Positions 1 through 12,110 of a DNA stretch of 64,000 nt are shown in pieces (position 1 is the stretch's first letter; each line of letters begins with the position of its first letter). The translations under genes and the position numbers were made by a program. The stretch covers positions 116,126,001 through 116,190,000 of the forward strand of contig OX597823.1 of NCBI GenBank assembly GCA_951406725.2. The letters run 5' to 3'. The DNA comes from Octopus vulgaris. Lineage: Eukaryota. A model generated the notes under the pieces. That model had not been told where the DNA came from, searched no databases, and saw nothing but the letters and a program-made list of their open reading frames with translations.

Positions 1-364
1 GGTTTTTTTTCTTTTACTTATGCCTTTCATACATGGGATTTAGAGGCTTCACAAGACTGGTGCGATTGATATGATTAATGTTTCTCTTAAGCTGTGGCAA
101 GTGAATAGCTACAGGAAAACATGAAAGTCGAGAATTCTGGAGAGAGGATTTCCTGTGGAAGACAACCTGGGATAGTAATTTGAGTGGTGGGAGGACTCTT
201 ATAGGTTGATGAGAAAGAAGAGAAATGTATGAGTGTGCAGTTGCCGTGTGTTGTGGCATAAAAACCAACCAGCTCTGAGGAGTATAAGTAAAAAATAGAC
301 TAAGAGTACACCTTATGCACAAGATACTGACATGTGTTTTCACATATGTATATATATATATATA

Positions 365-582
365 TATGTGTATGTATATGTTTTTGTGTCTGTGTTTGTC
401 CCCCCAGCATTGTTTGACAACTGAAGCTGCTATGTTTACATCCCCATAACTTAGCAGTTCAGCAAGAGGGACCTATAGAATAAGTACTAAGCTTACAAAA
501 AATAAGTCGTGGGGTTGATTTTCTCGACTAAAGGCGGTGCTCCAGCATGGCCGCAGTCAAATGACTGAAACAAATAAAAGAA
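365..582 (+). mobile_element. SINE family A, 3' half only
   Basis: Matches the 3' part of the full copy at 37984-38382 (gtttgtcccccc...agaataagtact...ggtgctccagcatggccgcagtcaaatgactgaaacaa). Confidence 0.8.
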
Positions 583-871
583 TAACAAAAGGACCATATG
601 TAGAGTGGTACATGTATGTGAAATATTTTGTTGTTTCTGGTGTTGTTGCTGTTATTCAGTTTTGAACCCAATGAATAATTGTTGATATTTCGTGCAGACA
701 CAAATACAAGGAAAATTTCTTTGAGGTATTCGTACCTTCTCTTTATTGATTGAAATCCTATTGAGGTCAGCCAAGATTCTCATCTCTCTGGATTTCATGA
801 AATAAATTACTTACCTCCTCCCTTCAAAACTGACAGCTTGTACATAAATTATTATTATTATTATTATTATT

Positions 872-1100
872 GTTCGAGTGAGGTCATTGCCAGTACCACC
901 AGACTGGCCCTTGTGCAGGCGGCACGTAAAAGCATCCACTACATTCTCGGAATGGTTGGCATTAGGAAGGGCATCCAGCTGTAGAAACTCTGCCAGATCA
1001 GATTGGAGCCTGGTGCGGCCATCTGGTTCGCCAGACCTCAGTCAAATCGTCCAACCCAAGCTAGCATGGAAAGCAGACGTTATAGGATGATGATGATGAT
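872..1100 (+). mobile_element. Family D RTE-tailed retroposon, 5'-truncated
   Basis: tggttggcattaggaagggcatccagctgtagaaactctgccagatc...ccaaccc...gcatggaaagcagacgtta followed by a (gat)n tail; more than ten copies in the window. Confidence 0.8.
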
Positions 1101-1101
1101 G

Positions 1102-1142
<41 letters not shown>

Positions 1143-1145
1143 GAT

Positions 1146-1750
1146 GAGATGGCAGAATCATGAGAGTGTCAGAAAAATGTCTTAAAGTTTCTGTTAGAGC
1201 TCTTTATGTTCTGATTTCAAATTCCACCAAGATCAGTTTTGCCTTTCATCCTTTAGGAGGGTGTTGATGAAATAGGTACCAGTTGAGCACTGGGGTTGAT
1301 GCAAATTGCTGGCTTTGTTCTAAAATTTAGAACCATTATTATTATTATTATTATTATGGAGAGCTGGTAGAATCGTTAGCAAGCTGTCTGTCTTCACGTT
1401 CTGAGGTCAAATTCCACTGAAGTCGACTTTGCTTTCATCCTTTCGGGATAAAATAAGTACTATTCGGGTACTGCGGTTGATCTAATCAACTGGCCCCACC
1501 TGTCCAAACATTTCAGGCTTTATGCCTAGAGTAGAAAAGATTACTTTTTAAGGTGGCAAGTTGGCAGAATTGTTAGCAATACTTCATCTGTCTTCACGTT
1601 CTGAGTTCAAATTCTGCCGAAGTCAACATTGTCTTTCATCTTTTCAGGGTTGATAAATTAAGTACCAGTTGCGTACAGGGTTCAATCTAATCGACTGGCC
1701 TTCCCACCCCCAAATTTCTGACCTTGTGCTTAGAGTAGAAAAGATTATTA

Positions 1751-1817
<67 letters not shown>

Positions 1818-2030
1818 GGTGGCAAGCTGGCAGAATCATTAGCATGCGGGGCAAAATGATTAATGGTATTTCATCCATCTTCACGTTCTGAGTTCAAGTT
1901 CCACTGAGGTCGACTTTGCCTTTCATCTTTTCGGGTTCAATAAAATAAGTACCAGTCAAGTACTGGGGTTGATGTAATCGACCAGTCTCAGCCTCCAAAA
2001 TTTCAGACCTTGAGCTTTTAGTGGAAAGGA
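1146..2030 (+). mobile_element. Tandem run of four SINE family B copies separated by (TTA)n
   Basis: Repeated ggcagaatc.ttagc (A-box-like), gagttcaaattcc (B-box-like) and ttgcctttcatcctttcgggg..gataaa..aagtaccag at about 1146, 1357, 1550 and 1817. Confidence 0.85.
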
Positions 2031-2049
2031 TTATTATTATTGTTGTTGT

Positions 2050-2250
2050 CTTCTTCTTCTTCTTCCCCTTCTTCTTCTTCTTCCTCTTCTTCTCCTTCTT
2101 CTTCTTCTTCTTCTTCTTCTTCTTCTTCTTCTTCTTCTTCTTCTTCTTCTTCTTCTTCTTCTTCTTCTTCTTCTTCTTCTTCTTCTTCTTCTTCTTCTTC
2201 TTCTTCTTCTTCTTCTTCTTCTTCCTCCTCCTCCTCCTCCTCCTCCTCCT
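2050..2250. repeat. (TTC)n/(CTC)n microsatellite, probably the 3' tail of the adjacent minus-strand SINE E
   Basis: About 200 bp of near-perfect trinucleotide repeat abutting the SINE E 3' end. Confidence 0.95.
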
Positions 2251-2726
2251 CCAATCAGGACTCACACCATTAGCCACAAAGAATAATCTCTAATTGGAGC
2301 CTACTCTAAGCTACTAAGAATGCGTGTGGCAACTTGAAGATCCACCCACCACACACGATAGACTGGCAGTTGCATGGACGCAAAAGTTACGTTGTTATCC
2401 TCATTCCGTAAACGGTGGCTTTTAACGGGTGGAGAGCTGAACCATTCTGGGGTACAGAGGATTCGCAATCTAGACTAGGGTCTGAAAGGTTACCACACCA
2501 TAGTGGATTACACCATGGTCCCTCTGCTTTGTGGCAGAAGTAGGAAGAAAGATTGAGAGAAAGTTGTGGTGAGAAAATACAGCAAGGTCTCCCTCCCCAC
2601 GCCAGAGCCTCATGGAGCTTAGTGTTTTTGCTCAATAAACACTGATAACGCCCAGTCTGGGAATCGAAAAGGTGTTCTTACGACCACGAATCCGCTGCCC
2701 TAACCACTGGGCCATTGTGCCTCCAC
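2251..2726 (-). mobile_element. SINE family E (tRNA-derived head), near full length
   Basis: The minus strand begins gtggaggcacaatggcccagtggttagggcagcgg...ttcgattcccagactggg (A and B boxes). The body recurs at 24045-24905 and the head at 25340-25490. Confidence 0.8.
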
Positions 2727-4177
2727 TATTGTTGTTGTTGTTGTTATGCTGTTGGATTGATGGAATCATTTTTGCATTTGGGTCGTTGTTCTGATTTTAA
2801 ATCTTGTTGAGCTTGAATTTGCCTTTCATTCTTTCCTGGGTTGATAAATGGAAGTACCATAGAAGCACTGACAGCAAACCCCCTCCCCTCAAAATTTCTA
2901 GTTTCCTCGAAATATTAGAAACAAATACTATTGTTGTTGTTGCTGTTGTTTGTTGTAATGGCATGGCACTTCCTTTCTGAGTCAATCAATTCAATGATAT
3001 CACATAGTTTCACAATTTATGTGAATTGTGTTTGTGAGAAAAAGCAAAAGAATCATCATCGTTTTTCACTTTGCTTCTCTCATCTTGAAAAAATCATTTC
3101 TACGTAAGAAAACATTCCTTTTTGATTTTTCATTATCACCAAAAAGATTACCACCACCACCACCACCACCGTCAACATCATCATCATCATCATTATTATT
3201 ATGAAGAAAATATTATTGTTATTATTGTTGTTATTGTTATATAAGTGAAAATTGTGGACATAAAAAGAAGCAAAGACAGCAGATAATTAGGCAGCTATCA
3301 TGAAAGTTTTAATTTGCAATTACTACTTCTACTTATTACATTTGTAGCAGCTTGTAATTATGTAATTATTCTTTTAATTGTCTTACATATTTTGATGTCT
3401 CTTCACCAAGGAAAATGTTGATCTCTCTGTGATTGGTCTTTTTACTCGTTAGTTCAAACTTTATTGTACTTTCATTAATAATTCTCCTCCACAAACTCAA
3501 TGAATATGGTGAGTGCAGTGAGAGCACTGGTAAAGGGTGCAGCCACGAGAGATATGAATAAACATGTTATGCAAATGAGAACCTGCTGGAGAAATATTTG
3601 ATTAAATTTCAGATATGAAATTGATGTCTTGAACACATCTCTAATAATTGTCAAGTAGGGCACCATTAATAAAACTAAATTACTCTCTTGTAGTTTTACT
3701 AACATCCTTTCAATTTCCACCATTTATTTCTTAAAGAACAACGTGGTATAAAGAAGGAAAAGAACTAGAAATATTTTTTTATTAAATGGAATACGATATC
3801 CATTTTTTAAAAAAATTCTTGTGGCGATATTCTTTGATAAGACAACTACAGAATTATCAAATGTTCTTTTTTTTTTTGTTATACATTGCCTTTTTGTTTT
3901 TTTATTATCCTTATTTGCTTTCAGTAATAAACCAATATCTGAAACAATTATAATAAGCATCATTATCACCTTTAATAATTTTTGTCATTGTTATAACGTT
4001 TTTCATTTCTGCTTACTTTATTTAATACCTGTTTTAATATACCTGCACCTATTACACTGGAGTGTGAGTCTATAAAAGATACCTTACCGATTCTATAAAG
4101 TCTAAAGTGTATATTTAGTAAAAGTTTATCTTACACTTAAAATTATCTTTGTAAATGTTATGTAATAATCTGTTAGT

Positions 4178-4415
4178 GGAGGCACATGGCTTAGTGGTTA
4201 GGGTGTCAGCATCTTTATTGTAAGATTGTGGTTTCGATTCCTGGACCAGGTGACACATTGTATTCTTGAGCAAAACACTTCATTTCACGTTGCTCCAGTC
4301 CTCTCAGCTGGCAAAAATGAGTAATGCTGTGATGGACTGGTGTCCCATCCAGCTGGGGAATACCATTGAAACCGGGAAACTGGGCCCACGAGCCTGGCTA
4401 TGCTTTAAAAGGGCA
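4178..4415 (+). mobile_element. SINE family C (tRNA head plus CORE-like domain), short-tail variant
   Basis: ggaggcacatggcttagtggttaggg...gtttcgattcc, then ttcttgagcaaaacacttcatttcacgttgctccagt..ctcagctggcaaaaatgagt, which resembles the CORE-SINE central domain. Confidence 0.75.
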
Positions 4416-4982
4416 CATTTATTTTTTCAGTACTCTGTTAAGTAATTAATTCATGCACATTTACTATTATGTATGTGTGTGTGTGTGTGTCTGTGTGTGT
4501 GTGTGTGTGTCTGTGTGTGTGTACGTGCGTGTATATGTTGCTCTAAAAAGCTTTTATTTTATGATGTGTTCCTTTATGTCCAGCAGTTCAACAAATGGGT
4601 TGCTAAAATAATTGCCGGACTAAAATAAATTTCGAGGTTGATATAATTGATTAAACACTTGTTAATTGCACATCAGTATGGCCACAGTCCGTCCTGTGCT
4701 GGGAACCAGCAAAACAAAGTGTCTGCTTATATGTATGTTCATGTTTGTTAATTTACATATGTGTGTGTGTGTGTGTGCTTGTGTGTATGTACATGTCTGT
4801 GTATACACCAACAATGTCAAATTTCAATAACAATAAATGGTGAGGTCGACTTCAATGCTGAAGTTGAAAAAAATTACAAGAAAATTCTAAATAAGCTTTA
4901 ATCACTGTTATCTTGTCTGTAATCCTGGCACATACATTGTATAACTATATTTCACAGTGAAGGCACAGTGAAGGCGCACATT

Positions 4983-5316
4983 GAAGGTGCATGGCTCAGT
5001 GGTTAGAGCATCAAGCTTGTGATTGTGAGGTTGTGAGTTCAAATCCCAGACTGGGCTGCATGTTGTGTTCTTGAGCAAGACACTTTATTTCACGTTGCTC
5101 CAGTTCACTCAGCTGTAGAAATGAGTTGTGACGTCACAGGTGCCTAGCTGTATTGGCCCTTGCCTTTCCTTTGGATAACATCAGTGGCATGGAGAGGGTA
5201 GGCTGGTATGCATGGGCGACTGCTGGTCTTCCATAAACAACCTTGCCCGGACTTGTGCCTCAGAGGGTTACTTTCTAGGTGCAATCCTATGGTCATTCAT
5301 GACTGAATGGGGTCTC
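4983..5316 (+). mobile_element. SINE family C (tRNA head plus CORE-like domain), full length
   Basis: gaaggtgcatggctcagtggttagagc...gagttcaaatcc...tgtgttcttgagcaagacactttatttcacgttgctccagttcactcagctgtagaaatgagt; flanked by a tatttcaca(g/c)tg duplication; close to the copy at 62599-62933. Confidence 0.85.
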
Positions 5317-5523
5317 AGCATATTTCACACTGTGTATACTATATTGAGTTCCTACCTATTTTCTCTCTGCAAATCAAGGACAGCCATTTCCCTGATAGCA
5401 GTATGGTCCTTCTCCTTTGCTTATAATAATTTTGGTCTTTGCAAAGTTTATCCTAAATTCTCTCCGTCTTAGACTTTGCTTCCATGTCTGGAATCTTTTT
5501 TAGTCTTTCACAAAATCTTCTTT

Positions 5524-6327
5524 TGTGTTGAGCCAAAAGTTTTGCAATATTTTGGTAACTTATTTGCTTTATTCGTCTCCTACAATAAAAGCAGCCTAGC
5601 ATCCAAAGCAGAGGCCATCATATTGCACTGTCTGAAGCTTACTTTCTGCTACTTCTCTGATCCCATGCTGATTATTACTCCCTTGGATTATTACTTGCTC
5701 TGATCCATGGCTCACTTCCTGGGCTCATGACACTTCATCTACCAAGAGGTGGTGGAAGATATTCAGTGAAGACATTTGCCTCAAAGGAACAAGAACAGGT
5801 ATCTGTGTAGGATCAAAGATCTGGCAGAAAGTTGGCTTCACACAATGCAACATGATGGCCTCCACTTTGAGTGCTAGGCTGATTTTGTTGTAGCTTTGAG
5901 TGGCTGTGTGGTAAGTAACTTGCTTACCAACCACATGGTTCTGGGTTCAGTCCCACTGCATGGCACCTTGGGCAAGTGTCTTCTGCTATAGCCTCAGGCC
6001 GACCAAAGCCTAGTGAGTGGATTTGGTAGATGGAAACTGAAAGACGCCTGTCATATATATGTATATATATATGTGTGTGTGTGTGTCTGTGTTTGTCTCC
6101 CCAACATCGCTTGACAACCGATGCTGGTGTGTTTATGTCCCCGTAACTTAGCAGTTTGGCAAAAGAGACCAATAGAATAAGTACTAGGCTTACAAAGAAT
6201 AAGTCCTGGGGTCGATTTGCTCGGCTAAAGGTGGTGCTCCAACATGGCCGCAGTCAGATGACTGAAACAAGTAAAAGAGCAACTATAGATAGTTCACAAA
6301 ATATTGCAAAACTTTTGACTCAGCACA
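5524..6327. mobile_element. MITE with long imperfect TIRs (mariner-like), interrupted by SINE A
   Basis: 5524-5561 tgtgttgagccaaaagttttgcaatattttggtaact is the inverse of 6291-6327; 5580-5665 is the inverse of 5807-5893. Confidence 0.7.
5896..6280 (+). mobile_element. SINE family A
   Basis: gagtggctgtgtggtaag (A box)...gggttcagtccc (B-box-like)...internal (TA)/(TG) tract...gactgaaacaagtaaaagag tail. Confidence 0.88.
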
Positions 6328-6832
6328 ATATTAGGACCACATCATCAGTATATTGGAATTCCCGTAGAAGTCCTTGTTATAGTTTGGAAGAAGGGGACTG
6401 TGCTAAATTCCTCACTGAACTCATTGCCAACTCTCTCTTTACTGACTGCATACCTCTACACGACTTGTACTATTCTCGCACACTATTTATCTACTCCTAG
6501 TTTTCTTAATGGCCACTAGACTAAAGATCATAACACTTTGTCAAATGCCTTCTTGAGATTCCCAACTGCTCCTTAAAGAGGCTCACTGTTAGCTAAAAAC
6601 TTATTTTGCAGTAGTTTCATAATGAAAAAGTCATCAGCAGTACTGCAACCTGACACGTATAGGAACAGTATCCTTTATTGAGTTCATTCTGTTGCCACGA
6701 TAACACCATTTCTATGAATTTCACAGCATGATTTGTTATGAGTTCATGAGAACATTCTAGAAGTACTACTGTTGCAATTTGACTATGATTTAATGAAGAT
6801 CATCAGAGAATATGCTATTTAACTAATTAATA

Positions 6833-7214
6833 CTCTCTCTCTCTCTTTTACTTGTTTCAGTCATTTGACTGCAGCCATGCTGGAGCACCGCCTTTACTCG
6901 AGCAAATCGACCCCGGGACTTATTCTTTGTAAGCCCAGTACTTATTATATCGGTCTCTTTTGCCGAACCGCTAAGTAACGGGGACATAAACACACCAGCA
7001 TCAGTTGTCAAGCAATGCTAGGGGTACAAACACAGACACACAAACACACATACATACATACATATATACGACAGGCTTCTTTCAGTTTCCGTCTACCAAA
7101 TCCACTCACAAGGCTTTGGTCGGCCCGAGGCTATAGTAGAAGACACTTGCCCAAGGTGCCACGCAGTGGGACTGAACCCGGAACCATGTGGTTGGTAAAC
7201 AAGCTGCTTACCAC
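6833..7214 (-). mobile_element. SINE family A, slightly 5'-truncated
   Basis: Reverse complement of the 37984-38382 copy, lacking the first ~15 nt. Confidence 0.88.
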
Positions 7215-7229
7215 ATATATATATATATA

Positions 7230-7617
7230 TTTTTAATAATATATTATTATTATTAATATAAGGAAATAAATATCCAAATTCATCATAAAGATATACCTGT
7301 GTGAAAATACTAATTGTATTAAAAAATATAGAAATAAATAAATATAAATATATATAAAAAATATATGTATAAATATAAATATAATGTATAAATAAATTTG
7401 ATAGCTTAAAAGTTTTGAATTAATTATTTAATTCAAAACTTTTAAACTATCAAATTTATTTATATATTATATTTATATTTATACATATATTTTTCATATA
7501 TATATTTATATTTATATACATTTTTAATACAATAAGTATTTTCAGACAGGTATATCTTTATGATGAGTTTGGATATTTATTTCCTTATATTAATAATAAT
7601 AATATATTATTAAAAAA
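7230..7617. repeat. AT-rich palindrome with ~190-bp arms and a 4-nt loop at 7424-7427
   Basis: aggaaataaatatccaaattcatcataaagatatacctgt...agttttgaattaa | ttat | ttaattcaaaact...acaggtatatctttatgatgagtttggatatttatttcct. Confidence 0.95.
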
Positions 7618-8204
7618 CATATGTATATATTGCTCGTATTAAATATATAAATACTTTAATAGTATTAATATTTTGATACAATTGAGCACTCAGTATAAAT
7701 TCAGTATATAATATTCTCATTGAATATATTTAACTAATTAACGTATGACATGTTCTGTAGATGAAGAGAAGAAACACGTGTCTGTTACATAGTGAAATTA
7801 TCAGCGTGTAGGCATATAAGAGATGTCATGATGGAATACAGGACAGTTTTAATAACAATGATAGTAATGTATACAGGGATTGTAAGGAGAACAAGAAGGA
7901 ATATGTTAATAGCTCAAGTAACTGTTTACTACACAATCACAGTAGTAGTAGCAGCAGCAGCAGTAACTATAGCTAATATCAATATCATCATCATCATCAT
8001 CATTATTGCAGCATATCCCTAGCAACAAGAAGAGCAGCAGCAAGCGAGTGAACAACAACAAAAAACAACAATAGCTATAACAATATTAGCAACCTCTCTC
8101 AGCAACAGAAATAAAAAAAAAAAACAACAATAAAACACCAACAAAAATAAAGCACCAACAAGCAGCTCTAAATCAGCACTGTAGCAACAACAACAACAAC
8201 AACA

Positions 8205-8240
<36 letters not shown>

Positions 8241-9277
8241 GCTATAGACAAAAGAAATACTAAATACCAGGATATTGATTTTCAAAAATTAGGAATTTTA
8301 GATTTGGTTTTATCTGGCATCACTTCACCATTTGCCGCTATTGTAGCAATATCGCCTCATTTCCGTTTATATTTATAATAATTTCAGCATTTTTTAATGA
8401 TTCTAGGAGATGTCTAAAGATAGAATATTGGTTGGTTCACGACTAACATTCTGTTCTCTTATTCAAATTAGGCTTCAGTTTAATTACCTAGATTCATGAC
8501 AAGAAATTCCATGCAGGAAATGAATATATAAATATAAATAAAATTATGAACCAAAGTTATAAAAGACAAGTTACTATTTGACCAAGTTCATGGAATGATC
8601 CGTGATTATGGATTTCCAGTTTTATGGTTTTTATTCCAGTTTCTGAGTCGATAATATTTCCTGTGAACTCTGTGTCTGTGGCTGGTGAATAGTCAGGCTT
8701 GTAACTATAATTGGTCACTCAGCAGTTTGACTGATACTAAATAGATATTGCAGTTCTCAGTGGAACCAAATTCTTGGTTGAGTGTAATCCACTAATTACA
8801 CTTTCCACAGTCGGTAATGTCTCAGAGAAAGACCATTCCCTACCAGTGAGAGAATTTTACCCTGCATCTGACATTCACATGCCTCAGATATATACTCTGT
8901 GTGTGTGTGTGTGTGTGTATGTCTGAGTGTGTGTGTGTGTGTTTGTGCACACCAAAATGTCATGTTTTGACAAGACATTCGTAATGATTATCATTCAACT
9001 TGGTGGAAGAATTCAATGTCTAAGCAAAGACTTACTTTAGTCTTTTTCTTTTTTTACACATTTCAGTCATTTGACTGCAGCCATGCTGGAGCACCACCTT
9101 AAATGGTTTTTCAGTCTAAGAAATCGACCCTGTGACTTATTCTTTGTAAGCCTAGTACTTACTACTTATTCTGTCAGTCTCTTTTGCTGATCTGCTAAGT
9201 TATGGGGACATAAACAGACCAACATCGGTTGTCAAGTGATGGTGGGAACACAAACACAGACACAAAGATACACACAC

Positions 9278-9315
<38 letters not shown>

Positions 9316-9319
<4 letters not shown>

Positions 9320-9490
9320 GTAAAAAGCACCCACTACACTCTCGGAGTGGTTGGCGTTAGGAAGGGCATCCAGCCGTAGAAACACTGCCAGATTTGACTG
9401 GGCCTGATGAAGCCTTCTGGCTTCACAGACCCCAGTAGAACCGTCCAACCCATACTAGCATGGAAAACGGACGCTAAACGATGATGATGA
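9316..9490 (+). mobile_element. Family D retroposon 3' end inserted in a (TA)n tract
   Basis: cacgtaaaaagcacccactacactctcggagtggttggcgttaggaagggcatcc...gcatggaaaacggacgctaaacgatgatgatg. Confidence 0.85.
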
Positions 9491-9545
9491 TATATATATA
9501 CATATAAATATATATATATATATATATTTATATACAAACATATAT

Positions 9546-9743
9546 ATCCTAAATTATAATTTTATATATATATATATATATAAAATTATAATTTAGGATA
9601 TCTAAGAGATACCACCATGCTGGAAATAACAGCCAAAACTTGACTCTAAAACCACATTAAATATTCCTACACCACCAGGAGCTGGTGCTGTATGAATATT
9701 AAAGTGTGGTGGTATCTCTTAGATACCCTAAATTATAATTTTA
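9546..9743. repeat. Nested inverted repeats in a (TA)n tract
   Basis: tatcctaaattataatttta-(ta)n-taaaattataatttaggata; also taaaattataatttaggatatctaagagataccacca (9581-9617) versus tggtggtatctcttagataccctaaattataatttta (9707-9743). Confidence 0.9.
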
Positions 9744-9846
9744 ATAATAATTATTACCTTTGAAAGATTTTATTCCCATGCTGGTCACTTGATAAGATCA
9801 ATATTTAAATTAATGATCTTATCCTTATTTACATAAATTTATACAT

Positions 9847-9918
<72 letters not shown>

Positions 9919-10759
9919 CAAAGGAATTCCAACTTTGTCTGTTTTTTATGTTATATTTATATTCTTTATAACATTAATGTAGAACATAGAATATATTGTA
10001 TAAATAGTGTATATAGTAAAATGAAATGAAGTATTGATTGTCTTATTGAATAGATGAAAAAAAAATATATATATGTATATATGATGGGCTTCTTTCAGTT
10101 TCCATCTACCAAATTCACTTACAAGGCCTTGGTTGGCCCAAGGCTATAGAAGAAGACACTTGCCCAGGGTGCCATGCAGTGGGACTGAACCTGGAATCAT
10201 GGTGGCTAGGAAGCAAGCTTCTTACCACACAGCCATGCCTCTCAATAGTAAATGTTCTTTCATTTTCAATTTTGCTTCAGTCATTGGACTGAGGACATGG
10301 TGGAGCATTGCTTTCTAGCATTTAGCCAAATATGTTGACCCCCTATTTTATTTTTCATACTAAGTGTGGTACCTATTCTATTGATCTCTTCTACTGAACT
10401 TCTAGCTTACAAGGATGGAAACCAACCAACTCCAGTTGTCAAGTGGTGGGAGGATAGTGATCAAGGGACACACATACCCATATACACGCATATACTCATA
10501 TATACATGCATATACAATTTTATGTATCTATATACACATATATATGTATGCCATTATTCAGTTTTATCTCCAGATTTCTTGCCATTAGAAGAGCCAGCTT
10601 CTAACCTAGATCCAAAGCTCCCTCACTGGAATTTCAGCAACATCAGCAGGGTATTTTTTTTGTATGTATGTATGTATGTATGTATGTATGTAGGTATGTA
10701 TGTTTGTGTGTGTATGCGTGTATGTATGTATGTTTGCAGATTCATATGTTTCATTTTAA

Positions 10760-11420
10760 CTATGCATTCTCATGCATATAGCTGCATACCTAGACATGCT
10801 TGTATATACTTAAATGATAAACTTCTGGAAAGTTGTACAGATTTTTACCATTCTGCTGATGACTCAGATGTGTAGTCTTTGAATCAGCTTTCTTTTTTCT
10901 GATTCTGAGAAGCCTAATTTCTCGAGATTGGTATTTAGGCAATGTGATACATATCCCAGTGCCCCAATAATTACCGGTATAAACTTGTAATCTGGATAGA
11001 GTAAATGTAAATTTCTCAATAGTTCTGCATATCTATTTTCTTTCTTGCTGATCTTTAGCTGTATGTTAACATCACAGGGCAGCTGATTTTCACAACTGTA
11101 CACAGCTTCTCTTCTCTGTCCCAGATCATTATGTCAGGTCTATTGTGTTTACATTTTATTGAGGTTTCCACTGGGACAATCCACCAGTATTCCTGTTACT
11201 ATGAGTGGCTATAGCTTCCACCATACTGTGAGTTGTTATTTCTTTGTCCTCAGGGTTATCCTTCCAATAGATCTTATTATACAGTGTCCTAGCGACGTCA
11301 TGTCTAATTGGCATATAATACCATAATGACATTTTCATGCAACTACTTAAGATGTAGGTGGTAACTCCACAAAATCTGCATCGATTGTCACATTTTGTTC
11401 CTTTACCTGCATCTTTGTCT
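10760..11420 (-). pseudogene. R4/Dong-like non-LTR retrotransposon 3' fragment (CCHC knuckle plus restriction-like endonuclease)
   Basis: ORF pieces KCDNRCRFCG..ILSSC..PIRHDV, then KCKHNRPDIMIWDREEKLCTVV, then DVNIQLKISKKENRYAELLRNL..FIPVIIGALGYV: the CCHC / RHD / PD..(D/E) / K..Y order of RLE elements, with frameshifts. Confidence 0.85.
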
Positions 11421-11647
11421 CTGTGTGTGTGTGTGTGTGTGTAGGGGGGTGTATACATGTACATATGTACAACAAGCTTTCACACTGCTTCCATCCACCA
11501 AGTTGACTCACAAGGTATTGGTTGACCTGGGGATACGGCAGAAGGCAATTGGCCAAGTTGTTGCACAGTAGAATCGAACCCAAAACCACCTGATTGGGAA
11601 GCAAACTCTTTAGCCACACATCCATGCCAGTATACTCTTTAATCTTT

Positions 11648-11861
11648 ATACTCTTTCACTTGTTTCAGTCATCTGACTGTGGCCATGCTGGAGCACCACC
11701 TTTAGTCAAGCAAATTGACTTCAGGACTTATTTTTTGTAAGCCTAGTACTTATTCTATTGGTCTCTTTTACCAAACCGCTAAGTTATGGGAATGTAAACA
11801 CACCAGCATCGGTTGTCAAGCGATGTTGTGGGGTCAAACACAGACACGCAAACATATACAT

Positions 11862-11922
<61 letters not shown>

Positions 11923-12095
11923 CATATATACGATGGGCTTCTTTCAGTTTCCGTCTACCAAATCCACTCACAAGGATTTGGTCAGCCCAAGGCTATAGTA
12001 GAAGACAGGTGCCCAGGGTGCCATGCAGTGTGACTGAACTCAGAACCATGTGGTTCATAAGCAAGGTACTTACCACACAGCCACCTCTATGCCTA
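11648..12095 (-). mobile_element. SINE family A
   Basis: Full reverse-complement copy with an expanded internal (TA)n. Confidence 0.85.
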
Positions 12096-12110
12096 TATGG
12101 AACTGATAAA

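Larger units (their letters stand above)
4880..6780 (-). pseudogene. Decayed RTE-clade LINE reverse transcriptase region, split by three later insertions
   Basis: Minus strand 6780->6328 reads ..STADDFFIMKLLQNKFLANSEPL*GAVGNLKKAFDKV..WPLRKLGVDK..SKERVGNEFSEEF..YTDDVVLI (degenerate STTDAIF / DLEKAFD / YADD). It resumes at 5520->5320 (INFAKTK..SGKWLSLICREKIGRNSI*YTQCE) and 4950->4880. Many stops. Confidence 0.8.

Noticed and set aside
14-140. Possible terminal exon on the minus strand (..VKPLNPMYERHK*)
   Set aside because: Only an acceptor-like site, no recognisable protein similarity, and at the window edge.
1894-2293. Poly-K, poly-E, poly-F and poly-S ORFs
   Set aside because: (TTC)n repeat read in different frames.
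3475-3590. Hydrophobic ORF end after an acceptor-like ttctccag
   Set aside because: No family motif or linked exons; plausible by chance in AT-rich DNA.
4983-5055. tRNA gene calls at SINE heads (also 25342-25410 and 62599-62672)
   Set aside because: Each continues into a multi-copy SINE body and lacks a proper acceptor stem.
7755-7790. atgaaga-gaa-gaaac-acgt-gtc resembling a hammerhead
   Set aside because: C3 is missing, there is no stem II and stem I pairs poorly.
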